Shown piece after piece: positions 62,344 to 64,000 of a stretch of DNA of 64,000 nt. Source of the stretch: Myxococcota bacterium. GTDB lineage: Bacteria > Myxococcota_A > UBA9042 > PHBI01 > JACKFB01. Each line of letters begins with the position of its first letter. The first letter of the stretch is position 1. A program made the position numbers and the translations under genes. The stretch spans positions 45,800-109,799 of the forward strand of contig JAWKRR010000015.1 of NCBI GenBank assembly GCA_041389525.1, given 5' to 3'. A model generated the notes under the pieces. The model did not search any database. It was not told where the DNA came from and worked only from the letters and a program-made list of their open reading frames with translations.

Positions 62344-63892
62344 GAGCGGCGGCCGCGGGTTTGTGAGCTTCGTCGGCGCGGGTCCTGGCGATCCGGGGCT
62401 GATGACGCTGCGCGGGCGGCGAGCGATCGAGCGCGCCGACGTCGTGCTCTACGACCGCCTCGCGAGCCCGGCGCTGCTGGCCAGCCTGGACGTGTCGGGC
62501 CAGGAGCGCATCCACGTCGGCAAGACGGCCGACGGCGGGCTGTGGCAGCAGGATCGCATCAACGCGCTCATCGTGCGGCGGGCGCTGGCCGGGGCGCGGG
62601 TCGTGCGCCTCAAGGGCGGCGATCCGCTGATCTTCGGCCGCGGCGCCGAGGAGATGGAGGCCTGCGTGGCCGCGGGGGTCGCCTACGAGGTGGTCCCCGG
62701 CGTCTCGTCGATCGCGTCGGTGCCTGCGCTGTCGGGCGTGCCGCTGACCCACCGCGACGCCGCCAGCCACTTCATCGTGGTGACGGGGCACGAGCGCGAG
62801 TCGGGCGCTGACGAGGGCGCGGGGCCGGACTCCGACGCGGATCGCGTGGATTGGGAGGCCCTGGGCGCCATCGGCGGCAGCCTGGTCGTGCTCATGGGCG
62901 TGCTGCAGGCCGATCGCTGGTCGCAGGGGCTGATGCGCGGCGGCCGCGACCCCCAGACCCCCGTCGCGGTGATCCGCTGGGGCACCACGCCGCGTCAGAA
63001 GACCCTGATGACGACGCTCGGATCGCTGAGCGCCGACCTGGCCGCCGCGGCGTTTCGCCCGCCCGCCGTCATCGTCGTCGGCGAGGTGGTCGCCTACCGC
63101 GAGACCCTGGCGTGGTTCGAGCACCGCCCGCTCATGGGCCACGTGGTGGGGGTGACCCGCTCGGGGCGTGGGGACGTCGACGAGTTCGAGGCCCTCGAGG
63201 ACCTCGGGGCCGCCGTGGTGCATGTGCCGCTGACCCGGCAGGTCGCGGTCGACGGGGGCCGTCCGCTGGCCGCCGCCGTGGGCGCCGGGGCGTTCACCGA
63301 CCTGGTGGTGACTAGCCAGAACGGCGTGCACGCGCTGGCCGCCGCGCTCATCGCCTCCGGTCGCGACGTGCGCACGCTGGCGGGCGTCACGACCTGGGCC
63401 GTGGGGCCGTCGACCGCGCAGACCATGCGCGAGGTCCTGGCGCTGGGAGCCGACCACGTGGCCGACCCGGCGACCGGCGAGGGGCTGGTTCGGCTGGCCG
63501 CTGACGTCGGGATCGCGGGCCGCCGCTTCCTGTTCCCGTCGGCCCTCGCCGCGCGCGACGTCGTGCCCGACGGCTTCCGCGCCCTCGGGGCCCAGGTCGA
63601 CCAGGTGGCGGCCTACGCGACCGAGCCCGACCCGCTGGCGGCCCCGCGGCTTGAGAGCGCCATCGAGCAAGGCCTCTCGCTGCTCGCCGTCGCCAGCCCC
63701 AGCGCCATCGACGCCCTGCACGCCGCCCTGGGCGCCACCGGCCGCGACGTGCGCGCCATCGCCCTGGCCGCCATCGGCCCCACCACCGCCGAGCACGCCC
63801 TCGCCCTGGGGTTCGACGTTGCGGTGACGGCGGAAACCCATACGATGGCGGGGCTCGCTGCCGCGATTACCCAGCGCCTGTCCAAAGGTTGA
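62336..63892 (+). CDS. bifunctional uroporphyrinogen-III C-methyltransferase / uroporphyrinogen-III synthase (CobA-HemD fusion)
   Basis: N-terminal SUMT motifs (VSFVGAGPGDPGLMTLRG...VVRLKGGDPLIFGRG) and a C-terminal HemD-like domain. Probable GTG start at about 62336 overlapping the hemC end. Confidence 0.85.
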   Translation: MAESGGRGFVSFVGAGPGDPGLMTLRGRRAIERADVVLYDRLASPALLASLDVSGQERIHVGKTADGGLWQQDRINALIVRRALAGARVVRLKGGDPLIFGRGAEEMEACVAAGVAYEVVPGVSSIASVPALSGVPLTHRDAASHFIVVTGHERESGADEGAGPDSDADRVDWEALGAIGGSLVVLMGVLQADRWSQGLMRGGRDPQTPVAVIRWGTTPRQKTLMTTLGSLSADLAAAAFRPPAVIVVGEVVAYRETLAWFEHRPLMGHVVGVTRSGRGDVDEFEALEDLGAAVVHVPLTRQVAVDGGRPLAAAVGAGAFTDLVVTSQNGVHALAAALIASGRDVRTLAGVTTWAVGPSTAQTMREVLALGADHVADPATGEGLVRLAADVGIAGRRFLFPSALAARDVVPDGFRALGAQVDQVAAYATEPDPLAAPRLESAIEQGLSLLAVASPSAIDALHAALGATGRDVRAIALAAIGPTTAEHALALGFDVAVTAETHTMAGLAAAITQRLSKG

Positions 63893-63896
63893 GCCG

Positions 63897-64000
63897 ATGG
63901 CCTTCCCCCAGTCCCGCCTCCGCCGTCTCCGCAAGACCCCCGCGCTGAGAGCGCTGTGTCGCGAGACCACGCTGACCCCGCACGACCTAATCTGGCCGCT
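63897..64000 (+). CDS. hemB: porphobilinogen synthase (delta-aminolevulinate dehydratase), 5' fragment running off the window
   Basis: MAFPQSRLRRLRKTPALRALCRETTLTPHDLIWP matches the conserved HemB N-terminus. It is not in the supplied ORF track; it was read directly from the sequence, so coordinates are approximate. Confidence 0.8.
   Translation, partial: MAFPQSRLRRLRKTPALRALCRETTLTPHDLIWP

Overview
High-GC (about 70%) chromosomal segment with a clearly myxobacterial (Myxococcales-type) gene content. No rRNA, tRNA or CRISPR array was detected. Reading left to right:
(a) A complete type IV pilus minor-pilin/PilY1 module lies on the minus strand, in the order fimU-like, pilV, pilW, pilX, pilY1. 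It is followed by a lipoprotein gene and an OmpA-like gene.
(b) Housekeeping genes lysA and argH follow, with argH tightly linked to a predicted outer-membrane protein gene.
(c) A giant, roughly 3100-3300 aa cysteine-rich secreted lipoprotein is encoded at 14.1-24.0 kb. It carries Myxococcus-type CxxDxC disulfide repeats, a lamin-tail domain, two proprotein-convertase P-domains without any protease, MopE-like DNDCDG repeats, and a pre-peptidase C-terminal (PPC) domain in a shifted frame.
(d) A decayed group II intron reverse transcriptase/maturase remnant sits immediately after the giant gene's terminator hairpin.
(e) A methylmalonyl-CoA epimerase-like VOC gene and groES-groEL follow.
(f) A second giant lipoprotein of about 1770 aa is built almost entirely from about 20 tandem CDGxDNDCDGxTDE (MopE-like putative metal-binding) repeats.
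(g) A regulatory node contains an FHA-domain sigma-54 activator, a DksA/TraR zinc-finger protein and PhaR.
(h) A proline/histidine-rich beta-barrel outer-membrane protein and a second copy of the predicted outer-membrane protein family seen in (b) follow.
(i) The remainder holds mpl, a cytoplasmic GAF-PAS hybrid histidine kinase, frame-disrupted PrsW-like protease and ACC-deaminase/D-cysteine-desulfhydrase-like genes, and hisS.
(j) The window ends with a PpiD-like chaperone, the elongasome operon mreBCD-mrdA-rodA plus a translationally coupled lipoprotein, trxA, and a heme operon (ccsA-like, hemA, hemC, cobA/hemD fusion, hemB).
The most unusual content is the pair of giant Cys-rich repeat lipoproteins bracketing groESL, each located near one member of a paralogous predicted outer-membrane protein pair. 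A roughly 100 aa Cys-rich zinc-ribbon-like insertion in PBP2 and a local cluster of frame-disrupted genes are also notable.
Coordinates come from ORF-track arithmetic. Hairpin positions are approximate (±2 nt).
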